Shown here piece after piece: positions 9,598-19,961 of a DNA stretch of 64,000 bases. Location: positions 17,476 to 81,475 of the forward strand of contig JAFAGG010000004.1 of assembly GCA_023422955.1 (NCBI GenBank), read 5' to 3'. Within the stretch, counting starts at the first letter, position 1. Each line of letters begins with the position of its first letter. The stretch comes from Pseudomonadota bacterium. Lineage in GTDB: Bacteria; Pseudomonadota; Gammaproteobacteria; Burkholderiales; Burkholderiaceae_D. The notes under the pieces were generated by a model. It had not been told where the DNA came from and did not search any database. It saw only the letters and a list, made by a program, of their open reading frames with translations. A program made the translations under genes and the position numbers.

Positions 9598-11070
9598 TTA
9601 TTGCCGTGGCAGATAGTAGGCTGACTTCTGTTTCAAGGTGACATTTTCATCGGTCATGGAACGCAGCTCAAATTCAATCTCGTTCGAGCCAGTCCGCCCT
9701 TCGCCCCATGCCACACGGACCGTGACCGGAATGGTGCGTGAACTGACTGCACCGACCTCAATCTCCACTTCGGGCTCCAGGGAAATGGTATCAATGCCCG
9801 ATACATCCAGCCGGTACACGTGCGGCTTTTCATCGGTGTTCATGATCTGGATGCGGTAGACGTTTTCCAGCATGCCGTCACCCGCTTCCCTTCCCATGAC
9901 TGCACGATCACGCAAAACTTCCATCTTGACCGGCATGCGCATGGACAGCGAGGTAGTGAAAGCCGCGATGATGAGCCACAGGACCACTGTATAAATCAAT
10001 ATGCGCGGGCGGAAGATGCGCTTGCGCATTTCGGCAAACGACCAGCCCTTGTCCATGGCATTCTCGGTGGAATAACGAATCAGGCCGCGCGGCGAACCTA
10101 TCTTGTCCATCACCAGATCGCAGGCATCGATGCAGGCAGCACAACCTATGCAATCGAACTGCAAGCCGTTGCGGATATCGATGCCTGTGGGGCAGACCTG
10201 CACGCACATGCTGCAATCGATGCAATCGCCTTTGCCTTTTTTATCCTCACCCTTGGCACGCGCGCCACGCGGTTCACCACGTTTCAGATCATAGGTGATG
10301 ATCATCGAGTCCTTGTCCAGCATCACGCCCTGGAAGCGCGCATACGGACACATGTAGCGGCACACCTGCTCGCGCAACCAGCCGGCATTGCCGTAGGTGG
10401 CAAACGCATAAAACAGGATCCAGAAGGTTTCCCACGGACCCAGCCTGAAATTCATCACTTCCTGTTCCAGCACCAGGATGGGCGTGAAGTAGCCGACGAA
10501 GGTGAAGCCGGTCCACAGCGAAATTGCGCCCCAGGTCAGATGCTTGCCGCCCTTTCTCGCAATCTTCTCTGCGCTCATGGTCTGCTTGTCCAGGCGCATG
10601 CGCGCGCTGCGCGTGCCCTCGAACTTGCGTTCCACCCAGAGGAAAATTTCGGTATAAACGGTTTGCGGGCAACTGAAGCCGCACCACACGCGCCCTGCCA
10701 CAGCGGTGAACAGGAACAGCGACAGTGCACAAATAATCAGCAGCACCGTCAGGTAGATAAAGTCGTGCGGCAGGAAAACCAGGCCGAAGATATAGAACTT
10801 GCGCGATACTAGGTCGAACAGCACGGCCTGCCTGTCGTTCCATGTCATCCATGGCAGGCCGTAGAACACCAGCTGGGTCAGCCAGACGAAGACCCAGCGC
10901 CAGTTGGCGAACCGGCCCGAGATTTCACGCGGATAAATTTCCTGCCGCTTCTCATACATCGAGATGACTGCAATGGTAGGAACTTCCTTATGGGCCGGTT
11001 TCATGCTTCTGCTCACTGTTTGTTGCTTACGTTTGCTGCCTGCGCCGGCCGCCTGCAGGGCGACCGGCAT
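9598..11070 (-). CDS. ccoG: CcoG/FixG polyferredoxin-type cbb3 oxidase accessory protein
   Basis: Two CxxCxxCxxxCP-type clusters (CIDCSMCVQVCP, CIGCAACIDAC) and multiple TM segments. An alternative start lies at 11004. Confidence 0.9.
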   Translation of the reverse strand: MPVALQAAGAGSKRKQQTVSRSMKPAHKEVPTIAVISMYEKRQEIYPREISGRFANWRWVFVWLTQLVFYGLPWMTWNDRQAVLFDLVSRKFYIFGLVFLPHDFIYLTVLLIICALSLFLFTAVAGRVWCGFSCPQTVYTEIFLWVERKFEGTRSARMRLDKQTMSAEKIARKGGKHLTWGAISLWTGFTFVGYFTPILVLEQEVMNFRLGPWETFWILFYAFATYGNAGWLREQVCRYMCPYARFQGVMLDKDSMIITYDLKRGEPRGARAKGEDKKGKGDCIDCSMCVQVCPTGIDIRNGLQFDCIGCAACIDACDLVMDKIGSPRGLIRYSTENAMDKGWSFAEMRKRIFRPRILIYTVVLWLIIAAFTTSLSMRMPVKMEVLRDRAVMGREAGDGMLENVYRIQIMNTDEKPHVYRLDVSGIDTISLEPEVEIEVGAVSSRTIPVTVRVAWGEGRTGSNEIEFELRSMTDENVTLKQKSAYYLPRQ

Positions 11071-11094
11071 TGATACTGCTACTGCTGTTGCTGC

Positions 11095-12033
11095 TTATTG
11101 CTCTGGCACCTGATTGATGGTGTTGGACAGACTCCATACATAAGCAGCCACGACATGGGCTTTCGCTTCTCCGAGGAAGCCTCCGAAGGGCGGCATGACA
11201 TTGTTGCGGCCTTCGCGTATCGACTTCATCACGCTGTTCACATCGCCGCCGTGCAGCCAGACGCGGTCGCGCAGATTGGGCGCGCCCAGCATCTGATTGC
11301 CGCTGCCGTCGGCGCCGTGGCAGGCGATGCAGGCGGAGTAAGAAGCTTTGCCCAGCGTGGTCTTGATCGGATCGGTGGTGGCGCCCGACAGGCTGCGCAC
11401 ATAGTGTGTGACGTTTTCCACTTCCTTGGCGCCGATGATGGCTTCCATCGGCGGCATCATGCCCGTGCGTCCATTCACGATGGAAGCCTTGATGGCTTCG
11501 GGCGTACCGCCGTACAGCCAGTCCTTGTCGGCCAGATTCGGAAAGCCGCGGCTGCCGCGCGCATCGGAACCGTGGCATTGCGCGCAGTTGTTCATGAACA
11601 GGCGCTCGCCGATCACATGCGCCTGCGGATCGGCCGCAACGGTTTCGATGTTCTGACTCAGGTATTTCTCGAACAGCGGGCCATATTGCGCATCGGCCTT
11701 TTCCATCTCCTGCTCATAGCGCTTGGCCGAATCCCATCCCAGCTTCCCCTCGAACGCTCCCAGACCGGGGAACAGCACCAGGTAGGCGACGCCGAAGATG
11801 ATGGTGAGATAGAACATCCACATCCACCAGCGCGGCAGCGGATAGTTGTACTCGGTCAGATCGTCGTCCCAGACGTGGCCGGTGGTCGGTATCTTGGACG
11901 GTTCCTTCTCGTTCGGATCGATCTTGACCCTGATCTTGGATTGCGCCCACAGCAGCACCGCGCAGCCGACGATGCCTAGGACCGTCAGTACGACGATGTA
12001 ATGATCCCAGAATGCATTGGTGAAATCAGCCAT
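11095..12033 (-). CDS. ccoP: cbb3-type cytochrome c oxidase subunit III (dihaem)
   Basis: Two CxxCH motifs (CAQCH, CIACH). Start MADFTNAFWDHY overlaps the ccoQ stop by 8 nt. Confidence 0.9.
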   Translation of the reverse strand: MADFTNAFWDHYIVVLTVLGIVGCAVLLWAQSKIRVKIDPNEKEPSKIPTTGHVWDDDLTEYNYPLPRWWMWMFYLTIIFGVAYLVLFPGLGAFEGKLGWDSAKRYEQEMEKADAQYGPLFEKYLSQNIETVAADPQAHVIGERLFMNNCAQCHGSDARGSRGFPNLADKDWLYGGTPEAIKASIVNGRTGMMPPMEAIIGAKEVENVTHYVRSLSGATTDPIKTTLGKASYSACIACHGADGSGNQMLGAPNLRDRVWLHGGDVNSVMKSIREGRNNVMPPFGGFLGEAKAHVVAAYVWSLSNTINQVPEQ

Positions 12034-12208
12034 GGCGACCACCCTCCTCTTCGTGCGGCATAGTGTCGGCAAATGGCAGGTGCGCTGCCTGGTCGAAGTC
12101 CTCGGCCTTGTGGCGGATATAGACCCACCAGGTGATGCCGATGAAGCTCAGGAAGCACAGTAGCGTGATGAGGCTGCGTGCGTCGGTCAGGATAGTTTCG
12201 ATTCCCAT
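12026..12208 (-). CDS. ccoQ: cbb3-type oxidase small subunit CcoQ
   Basis: 60-aa single-TM protein located between ccoO and ccoP. Confidence 0.75.
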   Translation of the reverse strand: MGIETILTDARSLITLLCFLSFIGITWWVYIRHKAEDFDQAAHLPFADTMPHEEEGGRHG

Positions 12209-12210
12209 GA

Positions 12211-12828
12211 TTATCTCTGTACTTTAATGTGAGTACCCATGCCCTGCAGATAGGCGATCAGTGCGTCCATCTCGGTCTTGCCTTCCAGCTCGGCCGATGC
12301 TGCCGCAATTTCCTCTTCGGAGTAGGGATGGCCCAGCGCCTTCAGTGCGCGCATCTTGGGGCTGATCAGCGCAGGATCAAGCTTGGCGGTAGACAGCCAC
12401 GGATAGGACGGCATGTTGGACTCGGGCACGACATCGCGCGGATTTTCCAGATGCACGCGATGCCATTCATCGCTGTAGCGGCCGCCTACGCGCGCCAGGT
12501 CGGGACCGGTACGCTTGGAACCCCACTGGAACGGATGGTCGTAGACGAATTCACCAGCCACCGAGTAAGGACCATAGCGCTCGGTCTCGGCGCGGAACGG
12601 ACGGATCATCTGCGAGTGGCAGTTGTAGCAGCCTTCGCGCACATACACGTCGCGGCCTGCCAGGCGCAGCGCGGAGTAAGGCTTCAAGCCCTCCACCGCT
12701 TCGGTGGTGCTCTTCTGGAAGAACAGCGGCACGATTTCCACCAGGCCGCCGATGCTGATAACCAGCACCACCAGCCCTATCATCAGCCACGGGCTTTTTT
12801 CAATCAGGTCATGTGTAAGCTTTTTCAT
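12211..12828 (-). CDS. ccoO: cbb3-type cytochrome c oxidase subunit II (monohaem)
   Basis: [11 protein letters not shown] haem motif and conserved CcoO sequence. Confidence 0.95.
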   Translation of the reverse strand: MKKLTHDLIEKSPWLMIGLVVLVISIGGLVEIVPLFFQKSTTEAVEGLKPYSALRLAGRDVYVREGCYNCHSQMIRPFRAETERYGPYSVAGEFVYDHPFQWGSKRTGPDLARVGGRYSDEWHRVHLENPRDVVPESNMPSYPWLSTAKLDPALISPKMRALKALGHPYSEEEIAAASAELEGKTEMDALIAYLQGMGTHIKVQR

Positions 12829-12842
12829 GGTCTTTCCTTGAA

Positions 12843-14270
12843 TCAGGCGTGAGCCGGAGCGAGTGCGGGGATAGGCGCTTCCACCTTCTTGCCGTCGCGC
12901 ATGGTCATGAATACGTTCCAGGCCATTAGCACCATGCCGGCCAGGTAGAGCGCACCGCCCAGGAAGCGAATCACGTAGTACGGATAGGTAGCCCGGACCG
13001 ATTCAACGAAGGTATAAGCCAGCGTGCCGTCGTCGTTTACCGCTCTCCACATCAAGCCCTGCATCACGCCGGCAATCCACATGGAAGCGATGTAGAACAC
13101 CACGCCTATGGTGGCGACCCAGAAGTGGGTTTCAATCAGTTGCGTGCTCCACATTTCCTTCTTGCCGGACAGACGCGGAATCAGGTAGTAGATCGAGCCC
13201 ATGGTGATGAAGCCAACCCAGCCCAGCGCACCCGAGTGCACGTGGCCCACGGTCCAGTCGGTGTAGTGCGACAGCGCGTTCACGGTCTTGATCGACATCA
13301 TCGAGCCCTCGAAGGTGGACATGCCGTAGAAGGCCAGCGATACCACCAGGAATTTCAGGATGGGATCGGTGCGCAGCTTGTCCCATGCACCGGACAGCGT
13401 CATCGCGCCGTTGATCATGCCGCCCCAGGAAGGTGCCAGCAGAATCAGCGAGAACACCATGCCCAGCGACTGGGTCCAGTCAGGCAAGGCGGTGTAGTGC
13501 AGATGGTGCGGACCTGCCCACATGTAGGTAAAGATCAGCGACCAGAAGTGGACGATGGACAGGCGATACGAGTAGACCGGTTTATCGACCTGCTTGGGGA
13601 TGATGTAGTACATCATGCCCAGGAAGCCTGCGGTCAGGAAGAAGCCCACCGCGTTATGGCCGTACAACCACTGCACCATCGCATCCTGCACGCCGGCATA
13701 AGCCGAGTAGGACTTCATCGCGGAAACGGGAATCGCTGCGCTGTTGACGATGTGCAGCAGCGCCACGGCCAGAATGAAGGCACCGTAGAACCAGTTCGCT
13801 ACATAGATGTGCTGTACTTTACGCTTGATCAGCGTGCCGAAGAACACCACTGCATAGGAAACCCAGACCAGCGCGATCAGGATGTCGATGGGCCATTCGA
13901 GTTCTGCGTATTCCTTGCCGGAGGTATAACCCAGCGGCAGGCTGATCACGGCAGCGACGATGACGGCTTGCCAGCCCCAGAAGGTGAAGGCAGCGAGCTT
14001 GTCGGAGAAGAGTCTTACCTGCGAAGTGCGCTGAACGACATAGTAAGAAGTCGCCATCAGTGCACAACCACCGAAGGCGAAGATGACGGCATTGGTATGC
14101 AAGGGACGCAGTCGCCCGTAACTTAACCAAGAAACATCAAAGTTCAGGGCAGGCCAGGCCAGCTGAGCGGCGATGAAAACGCCGACCAGCATACCCACCA
14201 CTCCCCATACCACGGTGGCAACGGCAAATTGCCTGACCACCTTGTAGTTATAGTTCAACGCAGTATCCAC
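12843..14270 (-). CDS. ccoN: cbb3-type cytochrome c oxidase catalytic subunit I
   Basis: 475 aa, 12+ TM segments, haem-copper His ligands ([26 protein letters not shown]). Confidence 0.95.
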   Translation of the reverse strand: MDTALNYNYKVVRQFAVATVVWGVVGMLVGVFIAAQLAWPALNFDVSWLSYGRLRPLHTNAVIFAFGGCALMATSYYVVQRTSQVRLFSDKLAAFTFWGWQAVIVAAVISLPLGYTSGKEYAELEWPIDILIALVWVSYAVVFFGTLIKRKVQHIYVANWFYGAFILAVALLHIVNSAAIPVSAMKSYSAYAGVQDAMVQWLYGHNAVGFFLTAGFLGMMYYIIPKQVDKPVYSYRLSIVHFWSLIFTYMWAGPHHLHYTALPDWTQSLGMVFSLILLAPSWGGMINGAMTLSGAWDKLRTDPILKFLVVSLAFYGMSTFEGSMMSIKTVNALSHYTDWTVGHVHSGALGWVGFITMGSIYYLIPRLSGKKEMWSTQLIETHFWVATIGVVFYIASMWIAGVMQGLMWRAVNDDGTLAYTFVESVRATYPYYVIRFLGGALYLAGMVLMAWNVFMTMRDGKKVEAPIPALAPAHA

Positions 14271-14330
14271 GTAAGATCTCCAGGGTCTAACACAATGGCC
14301 CTAGGGTAAGGATCTGAAGATCAAAAAACT

Positions 14331-14344
14331 TTGACTTGAATCAA
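14331..14344. promoter_or_regulatory. FNR/Anr box TTGACttgaATCAA upstream of ccoN
   Basis: One mismatch to TTGAT-N4-ATCAA, centred 67 nt upstream of the ccoN ATG. Confidence 0.7.
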
Positions 14345-14547
14345 AATGACCCCAGTCAATGAGAGCAGGAAACAGGAATTGACAGAATAAGCGGCGACTT
14401 ATCAGGCGGGTGTATATGGCGATATAGATCGTTGCGATGACTGGCTCAGATTTGCCCGTCATTGATGGTTTATTCATGGCCCTGCATGCCATGCGGTGCG
14501 CAAAGCCAAAGTGCAGAACAAGAGAGGATTGCGAATCGGGAGGAGCA

Positions 14548-14574
14548 GTTAGGCTGGTTAGGCTGGTTAAGCTG
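14548..14574. repeat. 9-bp tandem repeat GTTAGGCTG GTTAGGCTG GTTAAGCTG between ccoS and the ccoN promoter
   Basis: Read directly. Confidence 0.6.
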
Positions 14575-14610
14575 TCAGGTTAGCCAGACCTGAAGAAAAC
14601 CGCAGCAAGC

Positions 14611-14778
14611 CTAGCGCGGCTCCTGCTCATCCGCCACCTTGTCGTCATCCTGCAGTATGCGCATTGCCGGCCCCACCATGTCGTCGAACTGTCCGCTGTC
14701 CGACATGAAGAAGAAAACCGCGATCGCTGCGAAGACGATCAGTATGCTCAGGGGCACCAGCAGATATAGGGATTCCAT
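14611..14778 (-). CDS. ccoS: CcoS/FixS cbb3 oxidase maturation protein (55 aa; below the ORF-track length cutoff)
   Basis: Hand translation gives MESLYLLVPLSILIVFAAIAVFFFMSDSGQFDDMVGPAMRILQDDDKVADEQEPR. This is single-TM with the SGQFDD motif. Its ATG overlaps the ccoI stop (TGATG). Confidence 0.8.
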   Translation of the reverse strand: MESLYLLVPLSILIVFAAIAVFFFMSDSGQFDDMVGPAMRILQDDDKVADEQEPR

Positions 14779-17294
14779 CAGTGTGCTTCTTTCGTTATCA
14801 AGGCGCCAACCGGCTCCGGTTGCGCCGTCCGTGCTTCCCTCATATCGGCCCGGCGCAGGCGTAGTGCATTGATTACCACGATGGCCGAACTTACCGCCAT
14901 GCCGATACTGGCCATCCAGGGTGTCAGCAATCCAAAGGCGGCGGCCGGAATCGCTGTCACGTTATAGAGTGTAGCCCAGCCCAGGTTCTGGCGTATCACG
15001 CGTATCGCCTGGGCCGCGACGCCGGACGCCGCCATAACCAGGCCCAGCCTGTCCTGCAGCAGCACCGCATCGGCACTGGTTTGCGCCAGCGCCGCGCCCT
15101 GCCCCATCGCAAACGATACATCTGCGGCGCGCAATACCGCTGCGTCATTGATGCCGTCTCCCACCATGGCCACGATGGCGCCCTGCCGCTGCAGCGCTTC
15201 CACGAATGCCAGTTTCTGCTGCGGCAGCTGTTCGCCATGCGCGTCCGGTATACCCAGCTCTGCGGCCACATGCCGGGTAACGGCCACATGATCCCCCGAC
15301 AGCAGGATGACCTGCTTGCCCTGCTGCCTGAAATAATCCACCACTTGCTGGGCATCGTCGCGCAGCGTATCGGCCAATTCGAAACAGGCCAGCCATTCAC
15401 CCTCGCGTCCCAGATAGACGGGCGTATGCATGGCGGACGCAGTCAATGAAAGGACAGCCTGCGTGATCGCTTCGACAAAATCGCGCGAACCCAGGCGATA
15501 GACCTGGCCATCGATAATGGCTTCCAGCCCGCTTCCCGGCGTATGCGTCAGCGCATCGAGGGCAATCGGTTCCGTGCTTGTTTTTTCAGCAGCATCGCGA
15601 ATGGCGGCCGCCAGCGGATGAGCGCTGCTGGCTTCCATTGCCGCCGCCATCTTCAGGCAGGATGCCTGGTCCAGGCTGCCCAGCACCTCGGTATGCCGCA
15701 GCACCGGCTTGCCGTGCGTGAGCGTGCCGGTCTTGTCGAAGATGACATGCGTGACGCGCGACAGCGTTTCCAGCACATGCGCCTGCACCACCAGCACGCC
15801 GCCGCGCACCAGCCGGTCGGTCGCTGCCGCCAGCGCGGTCGGCGTCGCCATCGACAAAGCGCAGGGACAGGATACAACCAGTACCGCGATCGCGATTTCC
15901 CACGCGCGCTCCGGTTGCAGCCATTGCCACGCGAAGAACACGATCACGGAAAAGCTGAGCAATACGGCAACGAACTGCGCGGCAGCGCGATCGGCCCAGA
16001 CCGAAATCTGCGGCTTGGATTGTCCCGCCTTGGCAATCAGGTTCAGCAAGGAAGCCAGCGTGCTTTCGCGCACCGGCCGCGTCACCCTGGCCAATACCGC
16101 CTGGCTGACCACGACGGCGCCGCCCGGCAGTTCATCGCCCAGCCCGCGATGCTGCGGCCGGCTTTCACCGGTCAGGAGCGATGCATCGATGCTGGTGCTG
16201 CCTTCCAGCACCACGCAATCGGCGGAAATCGCTTCGCCCGGCTTGATCAGGATGACATCGCCCTGCTGCAGCAAGGCAGCGGCCACGGTTTCCGTATCGC
16301 GCTGTTGCGGATAGCCCGCCATGCGCGAAGCCGAAGGCGGCAATGCATGTTTCATTCTTTCCAGCGTGGCAGCGGCCTTGGTGCGCGCCTTCAGTTCCAG
16401 GTAGCGGCTGCACAGCAGCAGGAACACGAACATCGTGACCGAATCGTAATAGACCTCGCCCACGCCGCTGAGCGTTGCCACCATGCTGCCGGTGAATGCC
16501 GCCGTTACGCCCAGCGCCACCGGCACATCCATGCCCAGCGACTTGTTTTTCAGGTTGCGCCAGGCACCCTGGAAGAAAGGAATGGCCGAATAGAAAACTA
16601 CCGGCAGGGTCAGTATCAGGCTGGCCCAATTCATCAGAGCTGCCATATCGGCATCGAAGGTGCCGTCCTGCGCGACATAGGCCGGATAGGCATACATCAT
16701 CACCTGCATCATGGACAGTCCGGCCACGAATACCTGGCGGAACAGCTTCTTGCTGGCGCGGCGCAGGTGTTCGCCGTGACGCGCCACGTCGAAGGGATAA
16801 GCGACGTAACCCAGCTCGCGCACCGCGCGCAGGATATCGCTGGGCTTGCACGCGGCATCCTCCCAGCGCACGTGCAGCGATTCGGTCGACATGTTGACAT
16901 GCGCGCGGCGCATGCCCGGCAACCGGCCCAGTCGTTTTTCGATCAGCCATACGCAGGCGCCGCAGCGTATGCCTTCCAGCGAAAAACTGGCTTCACGCAA
17001 GCCGGCTTCATCGTCCGGCGTTTCCGAAATGCTGGCCAGCACTTCCGCGTCGTCATAGAGTTTGAGTTCTTCCGGCACCAGCGCATCGCGACCGGCGGCA
17101 GCCGGAAAACCTTCGCGCGTCTGGTAATAACTGGTCAGGCCGTTATCGACAATCGCCTGCGCAACCGCCTGGCAACCGGCGCAGCACATGGTGCGCGTGA
17201 TGTTTTCGACATCGACGGTGAGATGCAGGCCGGCCGGAACCGGCAAGCCGCAATGAAAGCAGTCCTGCGCGATGGCAGCCGACGACGCGGACAT
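14778..17294 (-). CDS. ccoI: CcoI/FixI copper-translocating P1B-type ATPase
   Basis: CPC, DKTGT, GDGINDA motifs and an N-terminal Cys-rich region (CFHCGLP, CCAGC). The ATG at 17294 overlaps the upstream gene's stop, and the ORF opens at 17315. Confidence 0.9.
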   Translation of the reverse strand: MSASSAAIAQDCFHCGLPVPAGLHLTVDVENITRTMCCAGCQAVAQAIVDNGLTSYYQTREGFPAAAGRDALVPEELKLYDDAEVLASISETPDDEAGLREASFSLEGIRCGACVWLIEKRLGRLPGMRRAHVNMSTESLHVRWEDAACKPSDILRAVRELGYVAYPFDVARHGEHLRRASKKLFRQVFVAGLSMMQVMMYAYPAYVAQDGTFDADMAALMNWASLILTLPVVFYSAIPFFQGAWRNLKNKSLGMDVPVALGVTAAFTGSMVATLSGVGEVYYDSVTMFVFLLLCSRYLELKARTKAAATLERMKHALPPSASRMAGYPQQRDTETVAAALLQQGDVILIKPGEAISADCVVLEGSTSIDASLLTGESRPQHRGLGDELPGGAVVVSQAVLARVTRPVRESTLASLLNLIAKAGQSKPQISVWADRAAAQFVAVLLSFSVIVFFAWQWLQPERAWEIAIAVLVVSCPCALSMATPTALAAATDRLVRGGVLVVQAHVLETLSRVTHVIFDKTGTLTHGKPVLRHTEVLGSLDQASCLKMAAAMEASSAHPLAAAIRDAAEKTSTEPIALDALTHTPGSGLEAIIDGQVYRLGSRDFVEAITQAVLSLTASAMHTPVYLGREGEWLACFELADTLRDDAQQVVDYFRQQGKQVILLSGDHVAVTRHVAAELGIPDAHGEQLPQQKLAFVEALQRQGAIVAMVGDGINDAAVLRAADVSFAMGQGAALAQTSADAVLLQDRLGLVMAASGVAAQAIRVIRQNLGWATLYNVTAIPAAAFGLLTPWMASIGMAVSSAIVVINALRLRRADMREARTAQPEPVGALITKEAH

Positions 17295-18067
17295 CAGGCG
17301 CCTCCCACGACACAAAACAGTTCAGCCCAATGCGGCAAGGCGCCGCCGGACGCGCGCCACAAGCCCAGCAATCCAAACGACAAGACCAGCAATCCGCTGG
17401 CCACTCTTACCGCAGGCTTGCGTGTCCAGCCTTGCAATCGGGTACCCAGCATGCCCAGCGACAGCAGGGCCGGCAAGGTTCCCAGCCCGAAAGCCAGCAT
17501 GATGGCAGCGCCGCTGGAAGCCGATCCGCTCAGCATTGCCATCACTACCGCCGTGTACACCATGCCGCACGGCAGCCAGCCCCACACCATGCCGGCGGCC
17601 AGCGCCTTTTGCGGACTGTTTATGGGCAGCAGCTTGCCGGTCAGCGGAGAAAGCCGGCGCCAGATCAACGCACCGGCTTTCTCTATATGCACAAAGCCGG
17701 CCCAGGCATTCATTAAATACAGGCCGAAGCCCACCAGCATCAGGTTGGTGATCCAGTAGGCAGCGACCTGCCAGGAAGCGGAAGCGGCAAAACTGGCCGC
17801 GCCGCCTGCCGCACCGCCGGCGATGGCGCCCGCCATCATGTAGCTGCCTATGCGTCCGGCGTTATAGGACAAGGTCAGCACGAGGCTGGCACCGGCAGGC
17901 ATTGCACCACCGCCTGCTGCCGGGCCATTTGCAGCAAGAATAGGAATGACGCTCCTGGGGCGAGCCGACATCGACAATGCGGTGACGATGCCGCCGCACA
18001 TGCCGATGCAATGCACGCTGCCCAGCAAGCCGATCAGAAAAACCGAAAAGAGATGCGATTCCGCCAT
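17294..18067 (-). CDS. TauE/SafE- or DsbD_2-like polytopic membrane protein with HCxGMCGG motif
   Basis: 257 aa, about 7 hydrophobic segments, GSVHCIGMCGGI at TM1. It sits between hemN and ccoI. Confidence 0.7.
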   Translation of the reverse strand: MAESHLFSVFLIGLLGSVHCIGMCGGIVTALSMSARPRSVIPILAANGPAAGGGAMPAGASLVLTLSYNAGRIGSYMMAGAIAGGAAGGAASFAASASWQVAAYWITNLMLVGFGLYLMNAWAGFVHIEKAGALIWRRLSPLTGKLLPINSPQKALAAGMVWGWLPCGMVYTAVVMAMLSGSASSGAAIMLAFGLGTLPALLSLGMLGTRLQGWTRKPAVRVASGLLVLSFGLLGLWRASGGALPHWAELFCVVGGA

Positions 18068-18073
18068 GCGCTG

Positions 18074-19507
18074 TTATATCGTTCGGGAGAACCGCAACGG
18101 TATCACGTTGGATTCGGGACGGGGCAGGGTCAGATGATGGTCGAACACCATGCAGATATTGCGTATCACCAGGCGACCCTTGGGAGTGACCGTGATCCAT
18201 TGATCGTCGATATGCAGCAGGCCCATGTCTTCCATGGTGCGCAGCTTGTCCATTTCGCGGCTGAAGTAATCCTTGAAGCTGATCGGATAGGCAACTTCCA
18301 GCGACTGCATGGACAATTCGAAATTGCACATCAGGGTCTGGATGATGATGCGTCGCAGCAGATCGTCCAGCGACAGCTTGATGCCGCGCACGATAGGCAG
18401 CTCGCCTTGTTCGATGCGCTCATAATAGGCTTCCAGCGTTTTTTCATTCTGGCTGTAGGTGGAACCGACCGCGCTGATGGCGGACAGTCCGCAGGACACC
18501 ATCTCGCTGCCGGCATGCGTGGAGTAGCCCTGGAAATTGCGATGCAGGCGTCCCTGCTGCTGGGCAATCGCCAGTTCATCGCTAGGCTTGGCGAAATGAT
18601 CCATGCCGATATAGACATAGCCGGCCCGGGTCAGTCGCTCTATGCACAGATTGAGCATTTGCAGCTTGACGTTCGGCGCCGGCAGGTCGGACTCGGCAAT
18701 GCGGCGCTGCGGCTTGAAGATATGAGGCATGTGCGCATAGTTGTAGATCGAGATGCGGTCCGGATCGGCGGCGATCACCTTGGACAGCGTGACTTCCATG
18801 CTGGCGAGTGTCTGCTTCGGCAAGCCGTAGATCAGGTCTATGCTGATGGAACGGAAAGCCGCTTCGCGCGCGGCGCGGATCACGGCCAGCACCGATTCTT
18901 CGCTTTGAATGCGGTTGACGGCCTTCTGCACATCGGCATCGAAATCCTGCACGCCGAAACTGATGCGGTTGAAACCTGTCGCGCGCAATGCATGGATACG
19001 TTCGCTTGTGACAGTGCGCGGATCGACTTCTATGGAATATTCGCCGACCTCATCGGTGGCGAAATTGAACCAGCGGCGCAGATGCGCCATCAGGTCACGG
19101 AGTTGTTCATCGCTTAAAAAAGTCGGCGTGCCGCCGCCAAGATGCAGTTGCTCGACATGGTTCATGTCGGCGAACAGGCGGCCCTGCATGTCGATTTCGC
19201 GCTTCAGGTAAGTCAGATATTCCGCTGCCTTGCTGTGGTGCTTGGTGACGACCTTGTTGCAGGCGCAGTAGTAGCAAAGCTTCTCGCAGAAAGGAATATG
19301 CAGATACAGCGACAGCGGATTGCGCACGCCCAGGGCCCTGACTTCATTGACTGCCTGCAAATAATCTCCCACCCGAAACCCGGCGGTAAACCGATCCGCG
19401 GTCGGATACGAGGTATAACGCGGACCTTGCTGGCTCAGCTTGCCGATCAGTTCACCATCGAACTGAACTGCTGACATGGAAAGATTGGCACTAAGAGCAA
19501 TTGCCAT
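18074..19507 (-). CDS. hemN: Oxygen-independent coproporphyrinogen III oxidase (radical SAM)
   Basis: PRYTSYPTADRF and the CxxxCxxC motif (CEKLCYYCAC). An AGGAG SD lies 9 nt before ATG 19507, and the ORF opens at 19537. Confidence 0.92.
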   Translation of the reverse strand: MAIALSANLSMSAVQFDGELIGKLSQQGPRYTSYPTADRFTAGFRVGDYLQAVNEVRALGVRNPLSLYLHIPFCEKLCYYCACNKVVTKHHSKAAEYLTYLKREIDMQGRLFADMNHVEQLHLGGGTPTFLSDEQLRDLMAHLRRWFNFATDEVGEYSIEVDPRTVTSERIHALRATGFNRISFGVQDFDADVQKAVNRIQSEESVLAVIRAAREAAFRSISIDLIYGLPKQTLASMEVTLSKVIAADPDRISIYNYAHMPHIFKPQRRIAESDLPAPNVKLQMLNLCIERLTRAGYVYIGMDHFAKPSDELAIAQQQGRLHRNFQGYSTHAGSEMVSCGLSAISAVGSTYSQNEKTLEAYYERIEQGELPIVRGIKLSLDDLLRRIIIQTLMCNFELSMQSLEVAYPISFKDYFSREMDKLRTMEDMGLLHIDDQWITVTPKGRLVIRNICMVFDHHLTLPRPESNVIPLRFSRTI

Positions 19508-19592
19508 GGTAGGTAACTCCTGCAACAGGCGCTCCAAGATGAAACGCGCTTGGGTATGGCAGGGAGTGTACGAAGCAGAGTAGTCAATTTCT

Positions 19593-19606
19593 TTGATTCA
19601 CATCAA
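19593..19606. promoter_or_regulatory. Perfect FNR/Anr box TTGATtcacATCAA upstream of hemN
   Basis: Exact consensus, centred 92 nt upstream of the hemN ATG. Confidence 0.8.
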
Positions 19607-19961
19607 AATCACCCGGATCGCCCATGCTAGGCGTTTCTCGCTTAATTATTCAAGCCCTTGTCAAAACACGCGAATACATGCAAATACACGCTCAATTTCG
19701 CCCATCGTCCTTATCTTCATAACAATACTCTTCTAAAAACTCCCGGTTTCTTGCAGGGTTTTCTTCTTCCGATTAAAGATTTGAAACAAACTGCCGTGTA
19801 TCTATCGTAATCCTTGCACCCGGACTCAAAAATCCGGCTGTAGCAGGCATAAAAATATTTGCTCGCATCACTCTTTCAGCATTTCAATAACATTTTCGTA
19901 GTTATGAAGACACTTCCCTTCGAGGAAATATTTTCATAGACAAGAATAAGGGGAACTGGCT

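Noticed and set aside
14301-14492. 63-aa ORF in the ccoS-ccoN intergenic region.
   Set aside because: It spans the ccoN promoter and FNR box. It has no SD and no recognisable features.
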